64,000 nt of DNA from Candidatus Poribacteria bacterium (GTDB lineage: Bacteria; Poribacteria; WGA-4E; JAJDTR01), in the NCBI GenBank assembly GCA_965220415.1, contig OZ244829.1, forward strand, positions 984,717-1,048,716. The letters run 5' to 3'. Each line of letters starts with the position of its first letter. Within the stretch, counting starts at the first letter, position 1. Shown here one piece after another: positions 40,652 through 51,285 of the stretch. The notes under the pieces were generated by a model. The model had not been told where the DNA came from and made no database searches. It saw only the letters and a program-made list of their open reading frames with translations. The position numbers were made by a program, and so were the translations under genes.

Positions 40652-41488
40652 ATGAAACTGACTCAAGAACAGTTGGACTTTTTTGATACCTTCGGGTATC
40701 TGATGATTCCACAACTGTTTTCACAGGATGAAACGGAGAACATCATTCAAGGATTCGAATGGTCGATTCAAAATTGCGGCGGTGGCAGAAACCATGATGG
40801 TTCGACTCGAACGATGTTTTTGGGGCCTATTGAACGCCACCCGGACATGTGCAGGCTGCTCGATCACCCGGAAATACTTGGACTTATCGGAAGCGTTCTG
40901 GGTGAAGACTTTAACTACTGCAGCGGCGACGGAAATTATTATAGCGGCGACACCGGTTGGCACCCCGATGGAGGCTGGGGTCAACTATTCGCTGCCAAAA
41001 CGGCGTTCTATCTTGATCCCCTTACTCGTGAATCCGGGGCGCTTCGCCTAATTCCGGGTTCCCATCGACCGGACCATTTTGTGCGCAAGGAAAAAATCGA
41101 TGTGAACAACTCCATGGAGCTATTCGGCGTCCCGCGCTCGGAGTTCCCCGGCAGCATTGCCGTTGAGACAAATCCCGGCGACATCGTTATTTTTAATCAC
41201 GATTTATATCACGCCTCATTTGGCGGTGGAAACCGGCGGCGGATGTTCACCATGAACTGTACCCGCCATGCAAAGACCTCGGACGACATGGAACGCGCGC
41301 GCGAATATGTGCGTATACACTCACCCGGAGGTTATAAGTACAAGACCGGCGCCGGCATGTACCACGCTACCATGATAGACACGGCTGACGAAAACCGGAG
41401 GGTTCATCTCCACCAAGCGAACGAGATTCACGACCAAATCTACCCTGATCTCGCCCGACATGTGGTTAGCCAAGAACCAAGAGTATGA
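40652..41488 (+). CDS. PhyH-family Fe(II)/2OG dioxygenase
   Basis: MKLTQEQLDFFDTFGYLMIP start typical of PhyH. H-x-D (WHPDGGW) and distal His. AAGGAGA RBS. Confidence 0.65.
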   Translation: MKLTQEQLDFFDTFGYLMIPQLFSQDETENIIQGFEWSIQNCGGGRNHDGSTRTMFLGPIERHPDMCRLLDHPEILGLIGSVLGEDFNYCSGDGNYYSGDTGWHPDGGWGQLFAAKTAFYLDPLTRESGALRLIPGSHRPDHFVRKEKIDVNNSMELFGVPRSEFPGSIAVETNPGDIVIFNHDLYHASFGGGNRRRMFTMNCTRHAKTSDDMERAREYVRIHSPGGYKYKTGAGMYHATMIDTADENRRVHLHQANEIHDQIYPDLARHVVSQEPRV

Positions 41489-41537
41489 CCAACGTGACGA
41501 GTTAAAATAGAGAAGAATCGCTTTATGCCACATTGTT

Positions 41538-42485
41538 CTACGTCTGGTACGGCGTCAAGTCCATATTTGGAAACCGCACCGCGATTCCCTTCAAAGTTGT
41601 CTCCGAATAATACGGGTGCCCGGGTGGGGGCCAACCGAATAGCGTACGGACACGTGCTGTTGTCTTCTCCCAAAACGGCTGAAAGAACTGTTGCTCCGGT
41701 CCGCTCCAAGGATTCGCTAACTTGGTCCAGCGACTCGTGTCTCCGCGCGCCATGGATAGCGTCCAAAATGCGCGTTGTTTCCGCTTGTTTTCAAAGGGTA
41801 TGGCAGCATGTATGAGATAGGACGAATAGAATAGAGCGCTGCCTGCCTTAGCGGTGGTGGGTACCGGTTTGGCGAATTCCGGAACTTTCCGAATGTCTTC
41901 TAGCCCACCCCCTAAACGCAGGTATACATCCGCCGCCTGTCGATGTGATTCGGGAATCACGTGCATGGGAGCGCCATCGTCATCGACATCGTGAAGATAA
42001 ACTCCGCTGTTGACGTAATCAAATGAACCGATTGCTTTACTTAACGGCAGGAATGTATTGGTGCCGTGATCGGCGTGATAGCCTTGCCACGGGTGTTCCG
42101 GGTAGCGCTCGTCCGTCGGCCCCGATCGCATGAATAGGTGGGCATTGCAGTAACTCGCGTCATCCGTACCAAGACACTGGGCGAATACGTCAAGATAATC
42201 TTCGTTCTCAATCAGCCGATCCAGCGCGTCAAATCCTGTTGGAAACTGCGCGCGGCCATGCTCCGTGTCGCCGTAATGCGCAACAACATTGGTGACTGTC
42301 GGTTCCACGGAATCTGCTTTTCCGGTTTTATCCAAATCCGCGAGGTATTCAGCGAAGGATTTGCCGTAAAAGATGTGCTCCATATCACGCAATGCGGCTG
42401 CCATCGCATCCGGGTCGAAGAGATCCTCAACCATGATATAACCGTCATGATAAAAAGCGTCAAGTTGATCTTGAGTTAACTTCAT
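41538..42485 (-). CDS. PhyH-family Fe(II)/2OG dioxygenase (convergent with preceding paralog)
   Basis: MKLTQDQLDAFYHDGYIMVEDLF; YHADHG H-x-D motif. AAGGAG RBS. Preceded by the repeat C 5'-UTR element. Confidence 0.65.
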   Translation of the reverse strand: MKLTQDQLDAFYHDGYIMVEDLFDPDAMAAALRDMEHIFYGKSFAEYLADLDKTGKADSVEPTVTNVVAHYGDTEHGRAQFPTGFDALDRLIENEDYLDVFAQCLGTDDASYCNAHLFMRSGPTDERYPEHPWQGYHADHGTNTFLPLSKAIGSFDYVNSGVYLHDVDDDGAPMHVIPESHRQAADVYLRLGGGLEDIRKVPEFAKPVPTTAKAGSALFYSSYLIHAAIPFENKRKQRAFWTLSMARGDTSRWTKLANPWSGPEQQFFQPFWEKTTARVRTLFGWPPPGHPYYSETTLKGIAVRFPNMDLTPYQT

Positions 42486-42521
42486 AAGCTACTCCTTAAC
42501 TTTTAGAAGGTTTTCTGTAAA

Positions 42522-42690
42522 TGTTTAGTCCATCGGTCTGGATTTGCCAATTCAGACCGAGCGGGGGCAGGGAACGCGCCGAGTAGGGAAGTACAATGCC
42601 AATTCCAGCTAATCGGGGGCATACATGCCCAGACCGGTCGTGCGACGAACTGTAATACTGCGAACCAAACGATGCACTAAACAGTTACGG
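42522..42690 (-). promoter_or_regulatory. Repeat C (copy 2) 5'-UTR element upstream of PhyH gene
   Basis: See 37337-37505. Confidence 0.5.
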
Positions 42691-42835
42691 TTTTCTGGCA
42701 GAATGGGGATAGATGCGAGAATATTCAATGCATATATCGCTCTAAATCCTATTCTATCTTACTCCACACCAGTCTTAATGTCTAGAGAAAAGGTGGTATT
42801 AACCTCAAAACTGCACGTTTGAAGAAACAATCGAA

Positions 42836-44830
42836 ATGGACACGATAATACCAACGTTAGGCAGATATTTCAGTGATAAACTGCGGCTCGTGTTTGCCGT
42901 AATGTTAATCATTATGATCGGGATGTGGTGCACCAATGTAAAAGACACCCGGCCCGTGATTCATACTGAAACCGAAACCTTCATGACGTTCTACGGCAAC
43001 CCAACGGGCGGTTTCTGGAGCGAGGTCGCGAAATTTTTTGAACCTACCCCTACCGACTGGGATAACTATCAGGCGCGAGAACTGAGTTATGTCTTTGAGT
43101 ATGTTGACGCTCACATGGTGATACTGCTCAACAAAATCCCTTTCTTTTCGTACGGCTTTCGCAGCATTTCGCAAATCGCCTTCGTTATTCTTACCACAAT
43201 TGTACTGTATTTCATTATTCGAGAGTTGCTGCCGACGTTTCGACGAACATCGTGCGCGGCGCTGGCGATGCTGTTTCCACTTTCACCCCAGCTTCTTGTG
43301 ATGCACCGCGTGTATTTCCGATGCGGTAAGATTATGGCGGCGTTCTGGGCAGCGCTCTGGATATTCTATCTGATTCGCTGGCTAAAACCGACCCACAAGC
43401 CACGAGGTTTAGTCCCCTACATTCTACTGAGTTTGGGCGCCTTTATGTCATTTATCACGGACAAGCAGAACGTAATGATTGGTTTGTGGCTGATTGGATT
43501 GAGCCTTTTGATAACAGTCATTCGTCGCCGCCATGGAGGTGCATTCCGCCACCTAATACATTTTGCAGTTGCGTTCTGCGTAGCTTTCGGCTTCTATCTC
43601 TGCTGGGACTATCTGTTGTGTCCATACATCATTAATGCCGTCCGGGGGCATCCTCCTTTTCGAGGTTGGTCGTCATTGAGCTTCTTCCTGCTGCACGACC
43701 AAGCCTCATACATGCGAGGTATTTGGAACGGCTTTAAGTTGACCGTACTTCAGCTTCAGTTAGCGTTTGGCAATATCTGGGATGGCTCTTTCCTGTCTCG
43801 GGGGTTTGCGCTGGCTTCATACATCCTTATTACAATCTCGGCAATAAAGAAAACTCCGGGCACCTCCGCCAATGCCAATGAAAATTCACGGCAAGGCTTA
43901 GCGGATCGTGTCGCGCTCGTATTAATGCTAATAACTGCCTTCGTTTTCTGTGTCTTTATGATAATGCTTCTTTATATGCGTCACACCCCGCTTGCCTGGG
44001 CAGACATTTGGAGAGGTGGGTACTATTACCAAAGCGCCACTCTTATTCTCATCATTGGACTTCTGATTGTCTTCTCGCTACTCAGTCGTCGAAACAGGTC
44101 TAAGGCATTTGAGACGGTTATGGTATGTGCTGTTTTTCTGATGTGCATGGCGAACTACTTCAGTCTTCGCACGACTAGGGACCACGGCGATCACGGTCAC
44201 ATGAAGGATCAAGTCAAACTGAATCAAAAATTCGACCAAGAGATTCGATCAAAACAGGTGACCGAGGATTCGCGGTTTCTAATGAAATACATTTTCGCAC
44301 CGGCTAGTGAGCGTCACGCGCTATATGTCGCGAGACCAAGACGTGGAGACGGCGTCAATCTAAAGATATTGAAGAACGATGAACAGATTTGGCCAGAAGA
44401 CGGCTGGACATATTGTAAAGACAGTGCAGACAGACAACATCACGATTTCGAGGTGGAGGTCAGTTCGGGCGATAAGATATTTTTCCACGTGAACATGGTC
44501 AATGGCACGCCGCATGATAGTACCTATTGGGATCCGACGATAAGGTATGAAGATGGAACCGTCTACCAAGCTTCAAAAGGATTTAGCGGCACCCAAGGGA
44601 AAAACGGGTGGCATTACCAATACGAGGAGGGCGGAAATTACGCGAATCTGATTTACGCAAAACCCTATAAGACTTGGAAACATGAAGACCCTGAGCGGAG
44701 GGAGCCTTCGCTGAACTCTACCAAGCAACACCCGGGACACGGAATTGACTGTGTCCGTGTGTTTGTCGTACCGAAAGCCGGGACCGTACGCATAACCGGT
44801 GCGCCGGTATGCGTTGGCACCCCTTACTAA
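42836..44830 (+). CDS. Hypothetical polytopic membrane protein with about 220-aa C-terminal soluble domain (possible GT-C-like fold; family not recognised)
   Basis: 664 aa, about 11 TM helices. Conserved N-terminal module shared with the paralog at 63561+. Confidence 0.45.
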   Translation: MDTIIPTLGRYFSDKLRLVFAVMLIIMIGMWCTNVKDTRPVIHTETETFMTFYGNPTGGFWSEVAKFFEPTPTDWDNYQARELSYVFEYVDAHMVILLNKIPFFSYGFRSISQIAFVILTTIVLYFIIRELLPTFRRTSCAALAMLFPLSPQLLVMHRVYFRCGKIMAAFWAALWIFYLIRWLKPTHKPRGLVPYILLSLGAFMSFITDKQNVMIGLWLIGLSLLITVIRRRHGGAFRHLIHFAVAFCVAFGFYLCWDYLLCPYIINAVRGHPPFRGWSSLSFFLLHDQASYMRGIWNGFKLTVLQLQLAFGNIWDGSFLSRGFALASYILITISAIKKTPGTSANANENSRQGLADRVALVLMLITAFVFCVFMIMLLYMRHTPLAWADIWRGGYYYQSATLILIIGLLIVFSLLSRRNRSKAFETVMVCAVFLMCMANYFSLRTTRDHGDHGHMKDQVKLNQKFDQEIRSKQVTEDSRFLMKYIFAPASERHALYVARPRRGDGVNLKILKNDEQIWPEDGWTYCKDSADRQHHDFEVEVSSGDKIFFHVNMVNGTPHDSTYWDPTIRYEDGTVYQASKGFSGTQGKNGWHYQYEEGGNYANLIYAKPYKTWKHEDPERREPSLNSTKQHPGHGIDCVRVFVVPKAGTVRITGAPVCVGTPY

Positions 44831-44917
44831 TGCCATTTCGTTATTGAATAACAGTACATAAACTGGGTTCTTCGGAGTTAAGTGTGGATTATGACATTGA
44901 TTTAGGACTTTGAACCT

Positions 44918-45039
44918 GTAGGATTGGAAGGATGGAAGAGCGGAAGGTTGGAAGATTTCTTTTCACGCCATTCTCAATCCTCGGATACGAAAGTCTCGGA
45001 ACTTAATGGATGCATAAGAACCTGCTGGATTTGCCAATA
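44918..45039. repeat. Repeat E copy 1 (~125 bp)
   Basis: About 95% identical to 47028-47157. Copy 2 ends in the hairpin CTGCTGGATTtgccaATCCAGCAG; copy 1 is truncated. Confidence 0.55.
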
Positions 45040-45806
45040 TGGGTTTAACGGAACGCGCGATGGCAAGCGGGCCCCGGGTCTCGTTTACAGTGACGCCGTC
45101 GAAATTAGAGCGGATTTTTTCAACAAGCTCTGAAATTGCGCTTGAAGCCTTGCCGGGCGTGGCTCGAAGCCGTGTGCGGCACACTTCGCTAAAGTTCGCT
45201 AAAGTCCGCGCACATATTTCACCCCACTTTTTTGAGGAACACCTGGATAGCCGGTTAGAAAGTAATGATGCGTCTACAAATTTGCTGTGCTCAATATGTT
45301 TCCACATACGGTCATCTCTTGTCACAATGAACGCTTAGATCCTCGTTTTTCGGAGCGTCGATTTAAGCGGCGTGTTAGCATTTTCTGAAATGGAGAATTC
45401 CTTTGCCGGAGCGGGTTCTCAGGAATCGTAATACTAACAAAATGCTAACAGAAAAATAAAGTTCCGCCGCCATGACGACTGGTCTGTTACAATATACCAT
45501 ATACGTGTTAAGTTGTCAATCTATACTTGACGCTGATGAAAATTGCGTGTTTTCAAGCGTCTGGCGGTAGGTGCGGTTGGAAAGGGATCTCTATCGCGTT
45601 CACTATTCGTTCACTTGATCGCACCTACAGGGAACGCATGTCGCGACCTGGAGATCGCTCCTACAAAAGACGCAACTTCTGACAGCTTGGAAAGATGTCT
45701 ACTCATATTCAAATCCTCTTTGATTATCAAGATTGACCGGGGGAGCGTTTGAACACGCTTAATAACGACAATTACCTCCATCGAACGATGGTCAATAATG
45801 AGGTTG

Positions 45807-46703
45807 TCACGTCACGAGCGGCAATACCTGCTTAATCATCCACTCCGCATATGCCTCGGTATGAGAGTCTAAGTGGATGGTTGCATCACGCACATGAGCG
45901 GAGGCAATCAATCCCATTTCCATTAGCAGCCGCTTCTCCACGTGCAGGAAGAGTTCAAGATGCCCCAAGGTAAAGACAATGAACGGTAGGATGCTTTGAT
46001 AAGCACCGTACGCCTGCTCATCCTCACCCTGCTTACGCTTCCAGTATATCTCATTCATCACACGCAACAGCGGCACACCAGGCATGACGCCGCATATCCC
46101 ACCGGGAATGAGTTCCATCATATAAAGCCCACCCCAACCTTCCAGTACACCAACCTTGCCCTGAGTAGCTTCAAGGATACCCTGCACCTTGGCAGCCATC
46201 ATCGGTTCTTCCAATTTAAGATATTGAAAGTTGGGGCAGTCGGTGTGGAGCCGCTGAGCGAAATCGGCGCCAACGGTCGCACCTCCCGGATTAAAGTCCT
46301 GAATCAGCAGCGGCACACCGATGTTTTGGCAGATCGCGCGAAAGTAGCGCAGCAGGTCATCTTCGGTCAGCGGGAAAACTCGAGGCGTTGCCATGCTAAT
46401 CATCGAAACCCCCGACGCCTCTATGCGATGTGCGAGATCCAGCGCGACTTGCGATGATGGATGGTTTGCTTGTCCAATTACAGGAATTCTCCCGGCTGCT
46501 TGGTCGACAGCGATTCGCACCACATCATTCCGTTCCTGATCGGAGAGTTTGTAAAACTCGCCCGCGAAGGCGGGTAGGCAAACAGCACTGGCATTTTCCG
46601 CCACACAAAAGTCAATCAGCCTACGTAGTCCCTCTTCATCAATATTCCCGTCATTGTCGAAAGGGGTGGGCACCACGGGTACAATCCCCTCAATCTCAAT
46701 CAT
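45807..46703 (-). CDS. Dihydrodipicolinate synthase/N-acetylneuraminate lyase (DapA) family aldolase
   Basis: VPVVPTPFDNDGNIDEEGLRRLIDF... class I aldolase TIM-barrel pattern. Confidence 0.65.
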   Translation of the reverse strand: MIEIEGIVPVVPTPFDNDGNIDEEGLRRLIDFCVAENASAVCLPAFAGEFYKLSDQERNDVVRIAVDQAAGRIPVIGQANHPSSQVALDLAHRIEASGVSMISMATPRVFPLTEDDLLRYFRAICQNIGVPLLIQDFNPGGATVGADFAQRLHTDCPNFQYLKLEEPMMAAKVQGILEATQGKVGVLEGWGGLYMMELIPGGICGVMPGVPLLRVMNEIYWKRKQGEDEQAYGAYQSILPFIVFTLGHLELFLHVEKRLLMEMGLIASAHVRDATIHLDSHTEAYAEWMIKQVLPLVT

Positions 46704-47027
46704 TGTATGTTTCCTTTCTCGGTTATATTCATGCCATTTCTCGATTCGATATCACACTAACATCCACCCGAAGGTTTTGTCAAATGCTTGAGTTCGGGGG
46801 AGATGTCTCCGATCGAATCCGGAATTAAGACGAAATTGACATTGAGGTGGGCGAGGTCGGTGGAAATTTAATAGGTCTCGGCAGGCGAGTTGTGTTTATA
46901 GTGTCTAGCGAGAGCAATCAGAAGTCGTGATATTTCGCCATGAATTTGGGACAGTGAAGCATTGCTTGTGTTACCGATCCAAGCTCATTTTAACGTAAAA
47001 GTTTATCTTCCGCATTGACTGGGAAGA

Positions 47028-47157
47028 GTAGGATTGGAAGGATGGAAGTGGGGAAGGTTGGAAGATTTCTTTTCACACCATTCTCAATCCTCCGATACGA
47101 AAGACTCGGAACTTAATGGATGCATAAGAACCTGCTGGATTTGCCAATCCAGCAGGA
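47028..47157. repeat. Repeat E copy 2
   Basis: See 44918-45039. Confidence 0.55.
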
Positions 47158-47201
47158 GCGGTTGGGCCTAGATTGACATGTAAGTTTTTCTTGGAAGTTG
47201 C

Positions 47202-48179
47202 TCAAATAAAACTCTTGTAGTCGAAATCTTCCAAGTATTGCCACGCGCGGCTTCGGATTTCGTTACGCTCTGCCTCCGAAAGTTCCGCTGCGGTAGCGCG
47301 ATTCGCGGCAGTGGTCGCTTGACGAATCGTGCCCCACGGATAAACCTCTCCGAGTTCAATACCATTGAAGGTAGCAGTTTTCAGTGATTCGGAAGAATAA
47401 CAACCGAGTTTTTCGCACACCGTTCCCAGAGCTTCCGACGGGTTATCCATCACATCCTCCGCACGAACGATATGCACGCGCTCAGGGTATTTCTCACGGA
47501 AGAACAGTGCGTGATATTGATTCACCGTCCAGCCAAGCATGTAGTTCGCAAGAGACAACGGCACGGGACGCTTCTTGGTGTCGGCATAAGCTGACCACGG
47601 GTTTCGCACAATGTGCAACAAGTGTGCGTCAGGGAAATCTTGAAGAATCTTCTCGGTATCAATCACAATGATTGGACTGTAACCGACGTAAAAGATTTCC
47701 TTCCCGGTGCGCCGGTAATCTTTCCAAGCGTCAAAGGTGGCTCGAAAAAAGTTGGCGACATTGTATGCGCGTGAGCGCCCGGTTTCTTTGGCGTGGGTGC
47801 AATAGCGGTCACATCGCTCGTCATCCGAGAAATCAAAGGAGACATGTCGGAATTTGCTCACATGAGGCGTCCGCGCTCGAACTTTGCACTCCTCGTCAAT
47901 AATTGATTTGTAGTCTTGGAAAGGGGTGGCATCCAAGGCAAAGAGGGGCCAACGGTATTTTACGGGGAACATTGAGGTGAGATGGTCAACTACCAACTTC
48001 GTCCCCAACTGCGACTCGAAGGGATAAACGAACATCTGGGGATGACCGTCAAGCAGCCTATGGGTTACGTTCCCTCCATTTTCGTACATTGCGCTGAGCA
48101 TCAATAAACGGAAAGACTGTGGCGAGTGGCTAGCGGAGAGTGGGGAGTTGGAATCAACAATCTTTTGCGATTCTTGCAT
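47202..48179 (-). CDS. Putative sulfotransferase-family protein
   Basis: 325 aa. Pattern consistent with a PAPS-binding 5'-PSB-like region near the N-terminus and 3'-PB-like HIVRNPWSAYAD. Confidence 0.45.
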   Translation of the reverse strand: MQESQKIVDSNSPLSASHSPQSFRLLMLSAMYENGGNVTHRLLDGHPQMFVYPFESQLGTKLVVDHLTSMFPVKYRWPLFALDATPFQDYKSIIDEECKVRARTPHVSKFRHVSFDFSDDERCDRYCTHAKETGRSRAYNVANFFRATFDAWKDYRRTGKEIFYVGYSPIIVIDTEKILQDFPDAHLLHIVRNPWSAYADTKKRPVPLSLANYMLGWTVNQYHALFFREKYPERVHIVRAEDVMDNPSEALGTVCEKLGCYSSESLKTATFNGIELGEVYPWGTIRQATTAANRATAAELSEAERNEIRSRAWQYLEDFDYKSFI

Positions 48180-48185
48180 TATTCA

Positions 48186-49142
48186 TCATTCTCCTCTGCT
48201 ACTGAACGCAGATCCGCGTTTCCCATTTTTGTGCCAGTTTAGCATTTGGCGAAATCCCTCCTCGAATGTGTGCCGCGGCTGCCAACCCAATGCTTTCTCA
48301 ATGTTTCGATTGTCCGCAACCCACCTGTCCGTGTCCCACCGTCGAGACGGCATTGAACCCCACACCGGTTCAACTGTGATTCCCATGGTTCGCCGTGCAA
48401 CTTCCACAACTTCGCGCAGCGTCGTCTGAATCCCCGTGCCGACATTGTATATCGCCCCCGGTTCTTGACCGGGGGTTTTTGCGGCGAGAATATAGGCGTC
48501 AAATACATCGTCAATATAGACAAAATCGTGGGCGGTCTCGGGACTGACCAGCGGCGGTAACTTCCCCTCCAAACCCAGTGTGATGAGTTTGGGCAATAAA
48601 CGGTTCGGGGATTCCAAGGGACCATAAACCGAATAGAGTCGCAACGTGGGAATGTGAACGCCTTGACTCTGCGCCGTGTAACGGCAGAATAGACTAGCGG
48701 ACGCCTTGGTCACCGCATAATGGCTATTCGGCTCCAGCCATTCCGTTTCGGAAGGGGCACTATGTTTAAACCCGTATTCCGACGATGATCCCGTATTCAC
48801 GAACGCCTGAAACCCGACATTGAGACATGCCTCAACCAAATTGACTGTCCCGACGATATTCGTCTCGACCATCCGGTGACAATCGTTTTGTGACGCAGTT
48901 CCGCCATACGCGGCAAGGTGAAAAATCCAATCCGGACGGATTTTGCCCACAATGTGAATCAGGGAATCTTTGTCACCCAAATCTACCGTGTGTAGACGCA
49001 GATTGGAACCTATGTCATTGAGGCGCCAAGAGGTGTACCCCTGACGAACCAACAGGTTCACCTCATGTCCTTCGTGCAACAAGCGCCTAGCTAAGTTTGC
49101 ACCGACAAAACCTGTTCCGCCGGTGATAATGACACGAGCCAT
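48186..49142 (-). CDS. NAD-dependent epimerase/dehydratase (extended SDR; UDP-sugar 4-epimerase/4,6-dehydratase-like)
   Basis: GGTGFVGANL Rossmann motif; YAVTKAS (YxxxK). Confidence 0.75.
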   Translation of the reverse strand: MARVIITGGTGFVGANLARRLLHEGHEVNLLVRQGYTSWRLNDIGSNLRLHTVDLGDKDSLIHIVGKIRPDWIFHLAAYGGTASQNDCHRMVETNIVGTVNLVEACLNVGFQAFVNTGSSSEYGFKHSAPSETEWLEPNSHYAVTKASASLFCRYTAQSQGVHIPTLRLYSVYGPLESPNRLLPKLITLGLEGKLPPLVSPETAHDFVYIDDVFDAYILAAKTPGQEPGAIYNVGTGIQTTLREVVEVARRTMGITVEPVWGSMPSRRWDTDRWVADNRNIEKALGWQPRHTFEEGFRQMLNWHKNGKRGSAFSSRGE

Positions 49143-49450
49143 AGAAACAGTGAAAAGCAGTGGCCAGTGGTTAGTGGTCAGTGGTCAGTGTCCAGTAAAG
49201 ACTTTTGGAAAGTGTTTAGTGGCTAGTGATTAGTGACTAGCAAAAATCTTAAAGCCACAAGACGTGCAATGAATTGCACTACTACGAACCTTCAAGCAGT
49301 AGTTAATGGCTGACAAGGGGCGCCTGCAAGGCGTAACCCTTCAGACACATCCCGAAAGATCGCCTAAACTCGTAAGCGGTTTTCTACGCCGGTGCAATAA
49401 ATCAGTAGACTAAACAGTTACGACTGTTGTTTACTTGGACTATTGGTCGC

Positions 49451-50611
49451 TCACTTGGTTTTGAAACTATAAAAGAGCGCTTTTTCCCGGCGAATTGCCC
49501 GCTTCGAGCCAATGCGAAAAGGGAAACCGCAAGTTACGTCATTGGGCATCCAATCAAGGGCAAAGACTTGATTTCCATGGAGCCAGATTAAACTGCCGAG
49601 CACTTTACCGGATCCAATGTCTACAGCATGAACACCGCAGACGCTCCGCGCCAAATCCAAACCCGGTGCATACTGACGAAAACGCGGAAGCACACGAGAT
49701 GTGCCGACAAAGGCAATATTTTGATGGAAGGCAAGTCCGCGCGTCCATCCCGGCAGCCGCACAATCGGCTCGAAATCGCCTTCTTCGGCAAAACCAAATT
49801 CACCATACCCGCTATTGTCCAACCATAAGCGCCCATGAGACAAACGCGTCGAATGCGGACGTGTCAAACCGCGCACCACGGGTTCCCGTGTCTTCCCCGA
49901 AAAGATCACGCCCCGCCGGTCTACCGGGTAGTTCAGATGGCCGGGACGTCGGCGAGAAGGTTTTTCACCTGAAGCTGAAAAGTAAGAGGTCTCCAAGTTC
50001 GACCCGGGGGCTATCGAGTTTAACTGAAGGTAATTTTGTTCAAAACCTCGACCATCTCCTGTCTCCACGCAACGGGGCCACCACACCCGTTGATAACCGC
50101 CGTTCTCGCGTAATCGCACCACCGAATTTTCGCCGACCGCATTGGCGTACAAATCCCCGCTGATTATAGCCAAATCGTGCAGATAGAGACATCCCGGATA
50201 AAATCGTGAGCGAATCGGGACAAGTGGATTGCCGGCTACCCCCCGACCTTTGATGTCGCGCCGGTTGAGCCTACCGGCAACTGGGGACAGGTCGAAAACC
50301 TGATTTGGATTCCGCGTAGAGGCGATGTGAACCGTCCAAGAACTTCGATTCACGACGAGTCCGGAAGGATGAGGCAACGGCATATAGGAAATCGCCGGCA
50401 CGCGTTCAGCAGCGTGTACTGCCATCACCAAGTGCTCATATTCTCTGGTCACGAGCAGCGTGATACCGCTCTCGGCTAGGATTCCCCACCAGTCGCCATG
50501 CGTAGTGTGCCGTAATAATTTGGAGTCTATCTTCGCGGCATCACCCCATTGGCTGACGACTTCAGCCGGGTCGCGCAAGATCAACTCGAGCGTGGACTCC
50601 ATGATTTCCAA
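49451..50611 (-). CDS. Conserved hypothetical protein (TIGR03032/DUF4915-like, a family I recall as associated with glycosyltransferase/sulfotransferase loci)
   Basis: 386 aa. Assignment is from memory of the family and is low confidence. Overlaps the upstream GT2 by 31 nt. Confidence 0.3.
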   Translation of the reverse strand: MEIMESTLELILRDPAEVVSQWGDAAKIDSKLLRHTTHGDWWGILAESGITLLVTREYEHLVMAVHAAERVPAISYMPLPHPSGLVVNRSSWTVHIASTRNPNQVFDLSPVAGRLNRRDIKGRGVAGNPLVPIRSRFYPGCLYLHDLAIISGDLYANAVGENSVVRLRENGGYQRVWWPRCVETGDGRGFEQNYLQLNSIAPGSNLETSYFSASGEKPSRRRPGHLNYPVDRRGVIFSGKTREPVVRGLTRPHSTRLSHGRLWLDNSGYGEFGFAEEGDFEPIVRLPGWTRGLAFHQNIAFVGTSRVLPRFRQYAPGLDLARSVCGVHAVDIGSGKVLGSLIWLHGNQVFALDWMPNDVTCGFPFRIGSKRAIRREKALFYSFKTK

Positions 50612-51285
50612 TTTTTCCAGTTATGAAAAACCCTTCGGTACATGCGCAATGCTGACCGGACGTCCGTTGTGGACCTCCCGCCATGCCGGTCGCGTGAATC
50701 AATTGGAATTTCTAGGATTGGAACTCCCAAGCGCTTGCACTTGACGTTAAATTCGAGATCGATGAGATCGTCATCGGACTCCAAATTGATGGCGGTGTAG
50801 ATATCGCGTCGAAAGACCTTCGGGGTGCCGTTGACATCCCACGTGGGGAGGGCAAATAAGGCGCGGCATTCAAGGTTATAAAGCAAAGAGCCTAATTGGC
50901 GACGTAGGGGTCTGCGGCGGCGACGGCGCGCTTTGACGACCATCGCGGGATTGTCGATCGCGGTATGAATGAACTGCTTGAGATTGGATGGATGAGTTCG
51001 CGCCGCATTTGTATAGCACAGCACATCCCCCTTCGCCGCCTTTAAGCCCAATTTTACGGCGTGTCCCCACCCCGGCTGTTCGCTGTAGGTTGTCCGTACC
51101 GTTTCATATTGTGCCGCAAGCGCGCGGCAAACATCGAGCGATTCATCTTTGCACCCGTTCACAACCAAGATTGTCTCGTGGAAAATGTGCGGGAGTATTG
51201 CTTCGAATTGCTTGACGACATCGCCGATATGATCCGCTTGATTGTAAACCGGAAGCACAATTGACGTGAGTTGGCGGGTTTTCAC
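50581..51285 (-). CDS. Family 2 glycosyltransferase (soluble)
   Basis: IVLPVYNQADHIGDVV...ILVVNGCKDES... GT-A N-terminal motif. Confidence 0.65.
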   Translation of the reverse strand: MKTRQLTSIVLPVYNQADHIGDVVKQFEAILPHIFHETILVVNGCKDESLDVCRALAAQYETVRTTYSEQPGWGHAVKLGLKAAKGDVLCYTNAARTHPSNLKQFIHTAIDNPAMVVKARRRRRRPLRRQLGSLLYNLECRALFALPTWDVNGTPKVFRRDIYTAINLESDDDLIDLEFNVKCKRLGVPILEIPIDSRDRHGGRSTTDVRSALRMYRRVFHNWKNWKSWSPRSS

